From a virus: DNA of 64,000 nucleotides. The DNA lies in IMG/VR virus record IMGVR_UViG_3300042868_011620, positions 32,001-96,000 of that record; one strand, 5' to 3'. Shown piece after piece: positions 1 to 11,600 of this stretch. Within the stretch, counting starts at the first letter, position 1. Every line of letters starts with the position of its first letter. A model generated the notes under the pieces. It saw only the letters and a program-made list of their open reading frames with translations, was not told the DNA's origin and did not search any database. Position numbers and translations under genes: made by a program.

Positions 1-22
1 GCAAAGGAATTGAGGTTAAATA

Positions 23-2713
23 CTAAAAAGTAGACAAGAAAACTCTTCCCCATCCACTTCCAGCAGTGCCAGTACAAATGTAAAGACCAGATCCGCTAAC
101 TGCCATTTCTCCAAATTTTCCAGTTTGACTAGATAACCCAGCAAAAGCTGGCAGGCTGAAATAAGTTCCAGCTGCGAAGTCTAATGTACAAGCATTTGCG
201 GCTCTTGATAAGTGTACTCTATTATCGCCATCAGCTATTACTGTAGATCCACTATGAGAAGCTGGAATTGAAGCTCTTCTTCCTCCTAAAATACTTGAAA
301 AATCTCCACTGGTAATATGTTTAGTGCCTCCCACAATAGTTGTGTACCTGCCACTAGAGGTATTTTCTTGACCTCCACCAATGAATGAATTTTCTCCGCT
401 AGTGATTACATTAACCCATCCTCCTCCAATAGTTGAATATTGACCGCTAGAAGTATTCTCTCTTCCTCCTGCTATAACACTATTAATTCCAGACTTAATC
501 TGATTGCCAGATCCGCCAACAATAACTGAATACTCGCCAGTAACATAGTTTGCGCCACCACCCCCAATAAATAATTTATTACCTCCGCAAACATTAGCTG
601 ATCCACCTACTATAGAATTATGATTTCCAGTTGTAATTGCATTAACCTCTCCTCCACCAAGAACTGAATAATTTGCAGATGTGGTATTTTCAGATCCTCC
701 ACCAATAGATGTATAAGATCCAGAAAGTATATTGTTTTCTCCTCCATTAATATTTGATATATCTGAATTGATTTCATTACCAAGTCCACCATTAATGCAT
801 GAATTTGCACCAAAAGCGTTAATTGTATTATTATTTCCTCCATTAATATTTGAATTACTACCGTAAACTTTGTTTCCTTGTCCACCACCAATGAATGAAT
901 AACCTCCAAGAATAATTTCATTACTATATCCGCCTAACACTGCCGAATTACTTCCACTACAAGTATTGTATTGACCTCCACCTACGATGCTATAATTTCC
1001 ACTTTTAATAACATTATTATTTCCAGCACCAATAAATGAATGCGTTCCGCTGTTTTTATTGTAAGTCCCCGCTCCAATTAATGAAAAATCTCCTTTAATA
1101 TCATTAACTGCTCCTCCCATTATAGCGCTATAATCTCCACTTGTAATAGTATTATTACTGCCAGCAACAATTGCTGTGGCTAATCCACTTGAACTATTAG
1201 CTTCTCCACCACCAATGAATGAATAGTCTCCATTAATAATTATATTTGTGTATCCCCCACCAACAAATGAATAATTTGCATTTGCTGTATTAGATAGTCC
1301 CGCAGCAATAGATGAAGATACTCCACTTGCCGAATTAGCCTTGCCAGCACCAATAAAAGCACCGCTTCCGCGTGCTATATTATCTTCCCCGCCGCCAATG
1401 AATGAAAATCCTCCATTGGATCGATTATTTTCGCCACCACAAATTGTGGAGTTTATACCACTAGTTTTATTAAAAGCCCCGCCTCCTATAAATGATAAAG
1501 TTCCACTAATAAAATTACCGCCACCCGCCATGATAGCGCTATAGTCTCCAATTACAATAGTATTATTGCTTCCAGCAACAATTGCCGCTCCTGATGCATT
1601 TACAGAATTAGCTTCTCCCCCCCCAATAAATGAATGAATTCCGCTTGTGATTGTATTACCTCCTCCTCCTCCAATAAATGCAAAGTTTCCATTTGCCATA
1701 TTACCAAATCCCGCAACAACAGATGAAGATGCTCCACTTGTAGAGTTAAATTGTCCAGCTCCAATAAAAGCATCACTTCCAATTGCTATATTATGTTCTC
1801 CACCACCAATAAAATTAAAAGCTCCATTTGATCGATTATCCTCGCCGCCACATATAGTAGAGTTTGTCCCGCTAGTAATGTTGAGTTCTCCTCCTCCAAT
1901 AAAAGAGTATTGGTCATTTATTCTATTTCCAGAACCCCCAACAATTGATGAATAGTTTGCTATTGTAGTATTTCTAAGTCCTCCCCCAATAAATGAATTA
2001 GCTCCACTGTTAATTCCACTAACTCCTCCAACTATACTAGCATATAATCCGCTATTGAAATTCCCAGATCCTCCACCAATAAAACTATAATCTTTTATAT
2101 TTATATTACCAGATCCTGCGCCAATAAATGAATTTTTTCCGCTTACTCTATTATTTTCTCCATTAACAATTGTGGAATATTCACCATGCGTAGTATTTAA
2201 ATATCCACCACCAATAAAAGAATTTGCTCCACTTGTTGTATTAAATCCTCCTGCTGCCACATACGATCCCGCGCCAACTTGAGAGTTGGAATTTGCAGTA
2301 TTTTTAATTTGATTTTGAAATGTTTTAAATCCTGATATATTTTGAGTTCCACTTGTAACTACAACATTAAGCGGATTAACTGCAATCGCATCAGATGAAA
2401 CTGTAATTCCATAACCAGTTCCAATATTTAATGTAATATCTCCAACTAATTGCCCACCCCCCACTAGTCCACTTCCAGCAATTACTAGTCTATCTGCGCG
2501 AAGTGCATGTTGAGTCGAGTTTGCTTGAGTAATTAAAAAAACTGGATTATTAAAATATTTCTCTCCAGTAATAAATTGATTTCCAGTTTTAGCAACAACT
2601 CCCCCCGCGTCCCAATTAACTGATCCGTTATTTCCCAGAGTAATTGGATTAGCTCCACTTTGATTTAAAACAAATGGATATGTTACGCTTACTTGTGTTG
2701 GACCTAAGTTCAT
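23..2713 (-). CDS. Gly/Asn-rich repeat tail fibre or adhesin-like protein
   Basis: 896 aa with dozens of ~14-15 aa 'SFIGGGxxN' repeats (beta-helix-like), at the end of the tail module. Confidence 0.7.
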   Translation of the reverse strand: MNLGPTQVSVTYPFVLNQSGANPITLGNNGSVNWDAGGVVAKTGNQFITGEKYFNNPVFLITQANSTQHALRADRLVIAGSGLVGGGQLVGDITLNIGTGYGITVSSDAIAVNPLNVVVTSGTQNISGFKTFQNQIKNTANSNSQVGAGSYVAAGGFNTTSGANSFIGGGYLNTTHGEYSTIVNGENNRVSGKNSFIGAGSGNINIKDYSFIGGGSGNFNSGLYASIVGGVSGINSGANSFIGGGLRNTTIANYSSIVGGSGNRINDQYSFIGGGELNITSGTNSTICGGEDNRSNGAFNFIGGGEHNIAIGSDAFIGAGQFNSTSGASSSVVAGFGNMANGNFAFIGGGGGNTITSGIHSFIGGGEANSVNASGAAIVAGSNNTIVIGDYSAIMAGGGNFISGTLSFIGGGAFNKTSGINSTICGGENNRSNGGFSFIGGGEDNIARGSGAFIGAGKANSASGVSSSIAAGLSNTANANYSFVGGGYTNIIINGDYSFIGGGEANSSSGLATAIVAGSNNTITSGDYSAIMGGAVNDIKGDFSLIGAGTYNKNSGTHSFIGAGNNNVIKSGNYSIVGGGQYNTCSGSNSAVLGGYSNEIILGGYSFIGGGQGNKVYGSNSNINGGNNNTINAFGANSCINGGLGNEINSDISNINGGENNILSGSYTSIGGGSENTTSANYSVLGGGEVNAITTGNHNSIVGGSANVCGGNKLFIGGGGANYVTGEYSVIVGGSGNQIKSGINSVIAGGRENTSSGQYSTIGGGWVNVITSGENSFIGGGQENTSSGRYTTIVGGTKHITSGDFSSILGGRRASIPASHSGSTVIADGDNRVHLSRAANACTLDFAAGTYFSLPAFAGLSSQTGKFGEMAVSGSGLYICTGTAGSGWGRVFLSTF

Positions 2714-2729
2714 ACTAATTTTTACACAT

Positions 2730-3920
2730 TTATTCTAAAGATTGCCAATTAACATTAATTGAACTCCATAAATTAGGTATTGTGTCCCACAGGGTTGGTT
2801 TTACTATTCTATCAATATAAAATCCTTTAGAATCATTCGTTTCTACTGAAAACTGCGCTGTAAAATTTAAAATATTATTAACAGCTATTGAATAATTAAA
2901 ATTATCGAGTTTAGCATTTGTTATACTGTAAAATCCAGTAGCAAATTTTGTTGGCTCTGAAAATAATATATCAAAATTATAACCACTTTCATTGTATAAC
3001 ATTCCACTTAAAAATCCACTTGAGAATCCAGAAACTTGAGCGGATAAACTTACTGATCCATTGATTGGATACTCTAACTTTCTGTTATAAACGTAATTAC
3101 TTCCTAGTCCATAAAGTGGAGTTCTTGGCAAATTAAAATTTAAGGATAAATTTTGCAATATAGGTTTAGATTGACTTGATAAAGCAACTCCTCCAACCTG
3201 TAAATTCTGTAAAGAGAATGTGCAATAAGATGGAACAGCTACTGGTTGATTATATTCTGTTTTGCCATTTGTTAGTCCCGTAACAAAATTTCCAGTTAAT
3301 GAAGAGTAAAGTCCAGATAAATTTAACGAACCAGCATTAATAGAATTTCCGCTGATGCTATTAATGGCTGGAATAGTGATTGAGTTTCCAGTTAAAACAT
3401 CAAATTTCATATTAGAAGCTTCAAATCCAACTGAAACTTTAGGTATTTGATTTAAACTAAAATCAACACTATACTTATTTAAATAGCAATTTCCAAAAGA
3501 TAAAACATTAAATCCACTATAGCTAGTGCTTGTGATACTTGGATTTTTAGGCTGATCAAACGCATCTCTAAGATCTTCTGGATCAACAACAATATAAAAA
3601 TTGTTGTTGTTGTTTTTCATATTAACAAATGCGCCAATATTAGCAGCACTTTTCTTCTGAAAATTCATTGCTAATTCGTTACTAATATAAGGCGATAAAT
3701 AATAATCAAAAGATAATTCTATATTTGGCGCTCTAACAAGATCATTAACAGAGTAGTCTTGACTTCCGATTTGTTTTAATTTTTGCCTCTCATTAGTAAC
3801 TGAAAAATTACAGTTTTGAACCAACGGAAATAATCGTGCAGAATCATTACCAGTCGTCCATGATGGAGACTGACCAATAGCTACAAATGCTGAATTGCTT
3901 TTTAAAATGGTTCTATTCAT
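2730..3920 (-). CDS. tail tube-like protein, paralogue of the major tail protein
   Basis: VQNCNFSVTNERQ...PNIELSFDYYL and RTPLYGLGS align by eye with 18262..19416 (VQSANYSFTINRQ...PTVNLDFTYYL, RTPIQRLGS). Confidence 0.65.
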   Translation of the reverse strand: MNRTILKSNSAFVAIGQSPSWTTGNDSARLFPLVQNCNFSVTNERQKLKQIGSQDYSVNDLVRAPNIELSFDYYLSPYISNELAMNFQKKSAANIGAFVNMKNNNNNFYIVVDPEDLRDAFDQPKNPSITSTSYSGFNVLSFGNCYLNKYSVDFSLNQIPKVSVGFEASNMKFDVLTGNSITIPAINSISGNSINAGSLNLSGLYSSLTGNFVTGLTNGKTEYNQPVAVPSYCTFSLQNLQVGGVALSSQSKPILQNLSLNFNLPRTPLYGLGSNYVYNRKLEYPINGSVSLSAQVSGFSSGFLSGMLYNESGYNFDILFSEPTKFATGFYSITNAKLDNFNYSIAVNNILNFTAQFSVETNDSKGFYIDRIVKPTLWDTIPNLWSSINVNWQSLE

Positions 3921-4858
3921 GAGCCTGTTGGTACTATTCCTAGCGGATCTTCAATTAATGACACTTCTAAATCATGAGAATTACTATAATTCCAAGTGTG
4001 ACTCCAAGATGGAGAGTAGAATACTTTCAATCTATTATACACTGATGGAGGATCACTATAGAATCTGCGATATCCACCTTTGTTTTCTAAGAAATGTAAA
4101 ATAGCTTTAGCTTTTTTGCTAGAAGCTTTGTCAAATTTATAAGAAAAATCTGTTGTGGCTATGTTTGTTCTTGTTTTCATTCTTTGAACAAATGAATTTT
4201 TAAATTCAATCTTATCAACCTTTAAAGCTACGCTATTCTGCATAGCAACATCTGGTTCAAAAAAGAAATATTGAGACCACTTTGTTTGACTTCCAGTTGG
4301 TCCATCAACAGCAGGATCTAAACCAGTATGATCTCCCGAACAATAATAATAGTTATCAAGCTTATTGGAGCTAGTTGGAAAATAAGCTATATCATATTTC
4401 TCATAAATTCTATTAGCTTCCCAAGCTTCAAGGGGAGCATTTATAAAAGTCATTCCAGACCAGTTTAATAAATTCGGAGCCTCATCAACTTGTAGAGATA
4501 AGTCAATCTCATAATGATTTTTATTAACATGATTGATAGAATAGTTATCAATTACTCCAGAAATTGTTTTATAAAAATCAGATGCATCTGAGAAAGGAAG
4601 CAAAGTGGTTCCATTTTTGTTCTCAACATAATTTATTAATTTTTGTGCGTTGAGTTCATTTAGCTCAAATTTTAATTGATACTCTGCGGTTAAGCTATTA
4701 ACTGATAATGGAATAAAATTATAATATCCATTATGAGTTTCGTAAGAATAATAAGTGCTTTTGAAATTTATTTTTGATCCATATGATGGAGTAAAAGTTA
4801 AATCTGTAATAGGAACAATTCCACTAATATTAGAATCTCTATTGTAAAAAGCGCTCAT
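3917..4858 (-). CDS. minor tail (distal tail-like) protein
   Basis: Downstream of the tape measure gene; two internally similar halves. Confidence 0.5.
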   Translation of the reverse strand: MSAFYNRDSNISGIVPITDLTFTPSYGSKINFKSTYYSYETHNGYYNFIPLSVNSLTAEYQLKFELNELNAQKLINYVENKNGTTLLPFSDASDFYKTISGVIDNYSINHVNKNHYEIDLSLQVDEAPNLLNWSGMTFINAPLEAWEANRIYEKYDIAYFPTSSNKLDNYYYCSGDHTGLDPAVDGPTGSQTKWSQYFFFEPDVAMQNSVALKVDKIEFKNSFVQRMKTRTNIATTDFSYKFDKASSKKAKAILHFLENKGGYRRFYSDPPSVYNRLKVFYSPSWSHTWNYSNSHDLEVSLIEDPLGIVPTGS

Positions 4859-5643
4859 GAGTGACCAATAAAGTTTAATGTTAATCTTACACCACCATCA
4901 GCACTACTAGAAAGGCGTTCAGATACTAAAGATGCATTTGGTATACTTATAGCTTGAAGAGTATTAGTTAATGTTTTATCTTTTATAGAAAACTCAACTG
5001 TTTTGTATTGGCGAATTGTTAAAAATTCAAAAGAATTTTGAAGAAAAGCGTCATCAACATCAATTTGCACAGATGCTGAATATTGCGTGGGAGCAACTGT
5101 AACTACTTCGTAAGGATTTTTATCTCCAACAACGTAGATTGCTTTTTTGCTAATCTTAATTGCATAATCAAATCCAACAACTCTGTTAGTTGAAGAGTAG
5201 TCGCAAACTAAAGATATACTTCCTTGATTAGGAATATAAATAGAGGGAGGTGGAACAGTTTGCGATGGAAGATCTTTAGTTACAATCTCATCGAATATAA
5301 CAAAATTAGTAGAAACTTTAGGTATTGATCCTATAGCACAATTAACCATATACTCAGTTAAATATCCATTAGAGAATCCGCACGATTTATCATTATACAC
5401 TAGGCCAGCCTCTACTACTCTTCCATCTACATAAGAATAAATTGGATCTGCATAAATTAAATTTCTAGAAACTGACAGCTGTTGAGAAGCTGCGCCTCCA
5501 ATTGATGTAAACGAGGAATTTCTTCCCAGCATGTTAGAAATAACTGCTGAATTAGTGTAGGATAAATCAAGACTTTCAATTCCTAATATTTCCTGATCAA
5601 GAATGAATAATCGATTATCGTAGATATTAGTAGAATCAAACAT
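4855..5643 (-). CDS. tail protein (tube-fold-like)
   Basis: Immediately after the TMP; FSNGYLTEYMVNCAIGSIPKVS resembles FGNCYLNKYSVDFSLNQIPKVS of 2730..3920. Confidence 0.55.
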   Translation of the reverse strand: MFDSTNIYDNRLFILDQEILGIESLDLSYTNSAVISNMLGRNSSFTSIGGAASQQLSVSRNLIYADPIYSYVDGRVVEAGLVYNDKSCGFSNGYLTEYMVNCAIGSIPKVSTNFVIFDEIVTKDLPSQTVPPPSIYIPNQGSISLVCDYSSTNRVVGFDYAIKISKKAIYVVGDKNPYEVVTVAPTQYSASVQIDVDDAFLQNSFEFLTIRQYKTVEFSIKDKTLTNTLQAISIPNASLVSERLSSSADGGVRLTLNFIGHS

Positions 5644-5644
5644 A

Positions 5645-8600
5645 TTACATTCCTCTTCTTAATTGACCTCCAAGGCGTTTTTCCTCTTGAATAACTTTTA
5701 AAACAGCATCTCTAATTTGACGCGAGAGTTGCTGGCCCGATTGTTGAGTTTGTCCAGTTGAAGCTTCTGAGCTTTTACCAGTAGATCCATCCACATTGAT
5801 TGTGATTGAGCCTGTTGATTTTTCAGTTGTGCCAATGAGTTCATCAAATTTAGAAATTAATTTATCATTTAAATCTCTAGAAGCTTTTTCGTCAACTGGT
5901 TTAGAAGCTCCAGCATTCATAGCTTGCAAGTTTCCTGTTCCAATGTTTTCAGCAGCAGCTTTGTTCATGATAAACTCGCCGCCAGAAAGCATTGTTGGGA
6001 TTGTGTCTATTCCTGCCGTTTGAGAAATTGATCCTCCAGTAGCTCTCTTTGCTGGAGTATATTTTTCAAGAAAACCTGGTGGAAATAATCCTCCATCATC
6101 AAATCCTCCTCCATATGGAAGAGCTAATCCATTTGCATTGGATTGATTTGAATTGATATTGTTACCAGCATTAACTTTTTGAGATTCTTGAATTGGTCCT
6201 ATAAAATCTTTGCCATAAGTTGATTGAATGTATTTAGAAGCATCAGTAATGCCACCTCTCTTTGAAAACATATTAAGGATTCCGCCATAATTATTTCCTT
6301 GTAATCCATCTACTCCTCCTCCCGTCACCATTCCTCCGAGTCCTGACATTGCATTTTTTGCAAATGTTCCGCCTGCAAGTTTTGATGTTGAGAAAGCATT
6401 TTTGAATCCACTCATTGCGCCACCCACTAATGCTGATCCAGCTATAGAAACTCCTGCCATAATCAAAGCATTTTTAAAAGCTTTTTTTCTAGCTTTCTTT
6501 TCTTCCTCTTCTTGTTTCTTAAGCTCAGCAGCTTTTCTCATTTCGTCAATATAAATGCCAAACATTTGCTTTCTAACATCTTTAGCTCTTTGAGCTTGCG
6601 GACTATTTCTTCTTCCAAAATTAGTTAATCTCACACTTTCTGGCTCTAAAGAGACTGATGCAAATCCATTTCCAGAACTAATTTTATCTTTGCTTCCGCT
6701 AGTATATTCTTGAGTTGCAAAAGCTAATAAATCATCATCAGTAGTCATTTGTTTCACTCCATAAGTTCCAGGAGTAAAATAATCTTTTACTTTTCCGCCT
6801 TTGGCGTATCCGTCTAAACTTCCAGAGTTGATAGCTTCTAAAAACGCTGGTCCATATTTATTAACTGATTTTTTATTAATAACATACTCACCGCCCATGA
6901 GCATTGCTGGAACGTCATCCTTGCTTCCGCTTCCTCCACGAATGTACCCTCCAGCAGCCGCACCCTGCGGAGCGCCAAAGCCTGGAAGAAAATTCCCCAA
7001 ACCTTGCGTAAATAAATCAGCCATATTAGAAATAGACTTGCTAGATATAGCTTTTAAAAAGCTAGTAGCAGCATCCATTAAAGACTCTTTTAATGATTTG
7101 GTTCCATCAAGAGCGCCTTCAATTGCAGATGCTAGACCATTAGAAAACAATTGAGGAATTTCTGTGCCAAATTTATATTGGAAATTGTTGGTTTGTTTAT
7201 TTAATTCTATAAATCCGCTACTTAATCCAGATTTGAAAGTTCCTTCTTGTTTATTTTTTTCTAACTCATCTTGAGTCTTACGTTCTTTATTTTGAGCTTT
7301 TATTTTTGCATTAGAAGCTTGTATTCTAGAGACTTGTTCAGTTAAATTTGTGGCATACTGAGTAATTTGATCTTGACTTCCATCTATAGTCTGTGCGATT
7401 GCATTAATCGCATCTGATAATTGAGAAGAGTCTAAAGTTTGATTTGCAAGTTTGTTTACAAGATCATTTGCCCTTGCAATAATTGCATCTGAGCTATTCA
7501 CATCTTTATATGCATTAACGCCATACGCTCCTAATGAACTATTAGGAGTTAGATTATTACTATTAGATATATTTTCTTGAGTTGGCGCTGAAACTGCAAG
7601 CCCATTAGTCTTCGTCGCTCTCTCTCCTCTCATTACTGCCCAGTATTTTGATAATCCTTGATATCCATCATTTTTATTTCCTCCAGCAATTGCCCCGCCA
7701 CTCTCCTCAATCATTTGTTTCATGATTTCAGCGGCAATCATTGCATTTTGTTGAGGATCTAATAAGTCTTCTTGCGTAATACTTGGTTTATTATTTTTTT
7801 CTCTCCATTTATTTACTGATTCAGTAGACATCTGAAATAAGCCAGTGCTTATAACATTTTTCCCTTGGTTGTCTTTAATTTTCTTTTCTTCGTATGTTTT
7901 TTTTGGATCAAACCCACTTTCTTCAGAAGCTATATTAGTTAAAAGTTTTTTCCAATCGCCTGGACCTGGAACATCTTTCCCAAAAAATTGTTGAGATTGC
8001 TCTTTATTAACTACCGTTGATTGTATACCAGAATATAGTACAGCTTTACTTATAGCCGCATCTATATTAGATGGAGTATTTGGAATATTACTTGAATTAA
8101 CCTGATTAGAAATCAATTGTGGATCTACAGGAGTAGAATCTTTTATCTGTTGTATTTGCTGTTGCAATTGATCGATTAATTTTCCTAATGTGTCTGTATT
8201 AGCATTTAAAGCAGAGATATTATCTTGCGTTAATAATTTTTTAGCTAAATCAATTGAAGCTTGACGATCTTCAATTTCTCTTTCTAATTGCACTCTTCTA
8301 TCAAAGGACTCTTTTTCAATTTGTTGTGTTTTTTCAATTCTGCCAGCTTCTGTTCTGATGCCTGAAAATGTATTAGGATTTGATAAAACATCATTTTTTC
8401 TCATTTCATCTATTTTGATAGATGATTCGGCAGCTATGTTTTGAATGCTTCTAGAGTTTAAAATTGTGTCTAATGAATTTGAATATTTCTGAAAATCTCT
8501 GTTAATTTGCTCAGTTGCTTTTTGTCTTTGTAAATCAATTAATAAAATTTCTTTATTTTTTAATGTTGTAGTTGAGAGATCTTTATTTGCATCTTTTATT

Positions 8601-11600
8601 GACTCCCCAATTTTGATAAATGACAAAGATAAAGCCTTTGCTGCTTCTTGAGAGTCATCTCCTTCAACTCCTAATTGTTTAAGAATATTTAAGCTTTGAG
8701 CTAATACTGATTGTGTATCAGTAGCTCCAGCTATATCTGTAAATAAATTAGGATTATTTTTTAATAAACTTGGTATGCCCTGAGTAATTGATTGCTTAGC
8801 TGGTGCGGTAACGCCTGTACCACTAAATCCTTCTTCTAGTAATGATTTCGCAGAAGTTAAAACGCTTAATTCTTGCGCAACTAAACCTGCTCTTTCTTCA
8901 TATTTTAAATTTATTAAACTTTCAATTTTTGATCTATCTTCGGCTGATACTGTTAAGCTATTAGACAAGGCTGAGAGTTCTCTTTGTTTTGCAATCTCAG
9001 CATTTGCGGAAATTTGAGCAAAGCTAGCTATTTTATTTTTATAGATAGACTCTGCTCCTAGCTCTCTAACATATTTTTCGAGAGCAATGTTTCTTGTTTC
9101 AACTGCCTCTTTCTCTTCTCTGCTTGTTGCTTGCAATTGCTCGCGAGTTTTCTTAACTATATTAATAGCAAAAGTTTTACCTATGCCTTGATCTTTAATT
9201 AAATCTGATATTAAATTTTCAGATTCTATAATCTTAGTTAATTCTCCAACGCTTTTACCAGCAATTAATGATTTTACTTTTATAGGATCATTTGTACTTT
9301 TATTGAGTAAAGATTCTACTTTTTTACCAATAAAATCTGAATTAATCGCTGTATAGTCTGGAGTTGCGGCTGCGGCTGCGGCTGCTTCGTTTTTTAGCTG
9401 TAATTCACTTTTCTTAGATGGGGTGCTCTCCCTATACATTCCACCCTTACCACCCATCATACCGTCTGTTAGTTGAACGGGCTTTAACTGAACTTCTCTG
9501 ATGGATGATTTTAAAAAGTCATCCATTTCTTGTTTTGTAACAGATCCAGCCTGTAACATTTCAAAAGCTTTAATAAGCTGCTCTTTCATTGGATCATCAA
9601 TAGATAGCCCAGCTCTCATTGACGTTTTCTCTCCACTTGCACTCTCAAATTGATAAGTCCCTTTTGTTAATTGAGCTACATATTCTTCCGCCTGTTTTTT
9701 AATAGAAGTTTGTTCCGTTGGATTATAATCTTGAAGATTAGCCGCAGCATTTTTTGCAGCATCAGCCAAAGAATTAGCAGCTTTTGCAGCCCTTTCATTT
9801 GCTCCAGAAAACTCGTAATATAGTTCTTTACCGCCTTTAAATACTTCGTATGCAATACCCAAAGCAGCTCCAACTTGTCCTAGTTTACCAAAAGCAGCTG
9901 TTAATTTATTACTAGATGATGCAATGCTAGAAAATCCACTCATTGCAAAAGCGGCAGTGCTCACATTAGATAAAGAATCAGCTACTATACTGGTATATTT
10001 TCCAATTTGAGAAGCGCTATCTTTAAAAGCGCCACTTAATAAAGATAATCCTCCTTGAACTGCAAAAATTGTGCCAAGCATTTTTTCACTAGACATTCCA
10101 GATTTTGGAGGTTCTGGTGGAGCTGCATTTATTTGAGCATTTGGTCTAGCTGGAGTTGGAAGTGGAAGTTTAGCGGGAGCGGCAGCAGCAGCGGGAGCCG
10201 AAGCAGACATCGCTTTTGTAACAGCAGCAGCAATTGATGCGGCAATTGCATTTGTTGCAGCAGTCACCGCTGCTGATTGATTTACTGGCGGTTGAGTATT
10301 AGAGGTGGAGTTTCCTGGTGTTTGAAATGACCCCATGGTAGCATAGTTTGGCACGAATCCATTAGCAGCACCATAAGTCATTGGATTGGCTCCCTCTTTA
10401 CGCGCTCTAGCAATGCCCTGAGAGCCTCCCATTGGTTCGTCAATACGATTAGCCACCATGAGTCCATTGGGATTCATGGCATTCTTTAATGATGCGTTCT
10501 GATCAATGTAAATTTGAGAAGCTGGAACGCCAGCACTCATTTCTCTTCCAATAGCAGCTTGAACTGGATCAGCAAAGTTTGGCAAAAATCCTTTAGCTCC
10601 AGATTTAGTAGTAGCTTTAACAAGAAGTTTAGCTAATTTATCTTGAAGAGTTTTGCTAACTTTTAAACCATAACTCTCAGCACTTTGAACAAACTTTACT
10701 GCATTTGGGCCAGCAAAAGATGCTGAATACATTGCGCTATCTTTAATGGTTTTAAAGATGCCCTCAGTCTCTAATCCATGACCAGCATCTCCTAAAACTA
10801 AATCTGCAAAAAATTTCTCTGGAAGAACCTTGAATAAATTACCAATGGTGCCAGTGGCGCTTCTATATTTTTGAGCTTTGGCGGATCTTTCTCTCTGTCT
10901 TCTTGCGTACTCTGGATCTTTTCCTAGTGCTACTGTAGTGTTTGCAAAGTTTGGAATGAATCCTCTAGCAGATCTTTCAGTAGTATTTCCTTTGGCAGCT
11001 TCTTTTAAACGAAAGGCGCTAATTTTTTGAGCCATGCTGCTTAAATTTGGATCGCTTAAATCATTTTTAAAATCAGCAGCTAGCATCTCTGGATTTATAT
11101 TGCCAGCGATAGAAGCTTTTAATATTCCGCCTCTTTCCATAGACCCAACAAATGAATTTAACTTGGTTCTACTTGGCAAATCAAATGTTTGACCAATATT
11201 TGGCGGCACTTCCATAGCCGACTGAAATACGCTTTCAAAAACTGTTCCAAAAGCAGCTTCAATAGTTCCAGGATTTAAATTACTTTTTATTCCTGCTGCA
11301 AATCTCTCTTCTTGTATGATATCAGGATTAAATCCTAAATTTTTAGCATAGTTCATTCCAGCATTAATAATTCCCTTTTCAACTTCAGGGTACAAGTCAT
11401 CTGATGGTTTTCCAATAATTGGAATACCCTTTACAACTTCTCTTTGATTTCCAACTAAAAATGATGAGACTTTTCCTTTTGAATTTGATGGATAAATCAT
11501 TCCAAATTCAGCTACAGCCCCAGTTGTATCTGCGCGTCTTGCAGTTACACCCTCTTGTTTATTAGATTTATAATCGTCTCTAATTTGAATAGCATTTTGT

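Noticed and set aside
610-1955. Short alternative-frame ORFs within the tail fibre gene
   Set aside because: By-products of Gly-repeat codon structure
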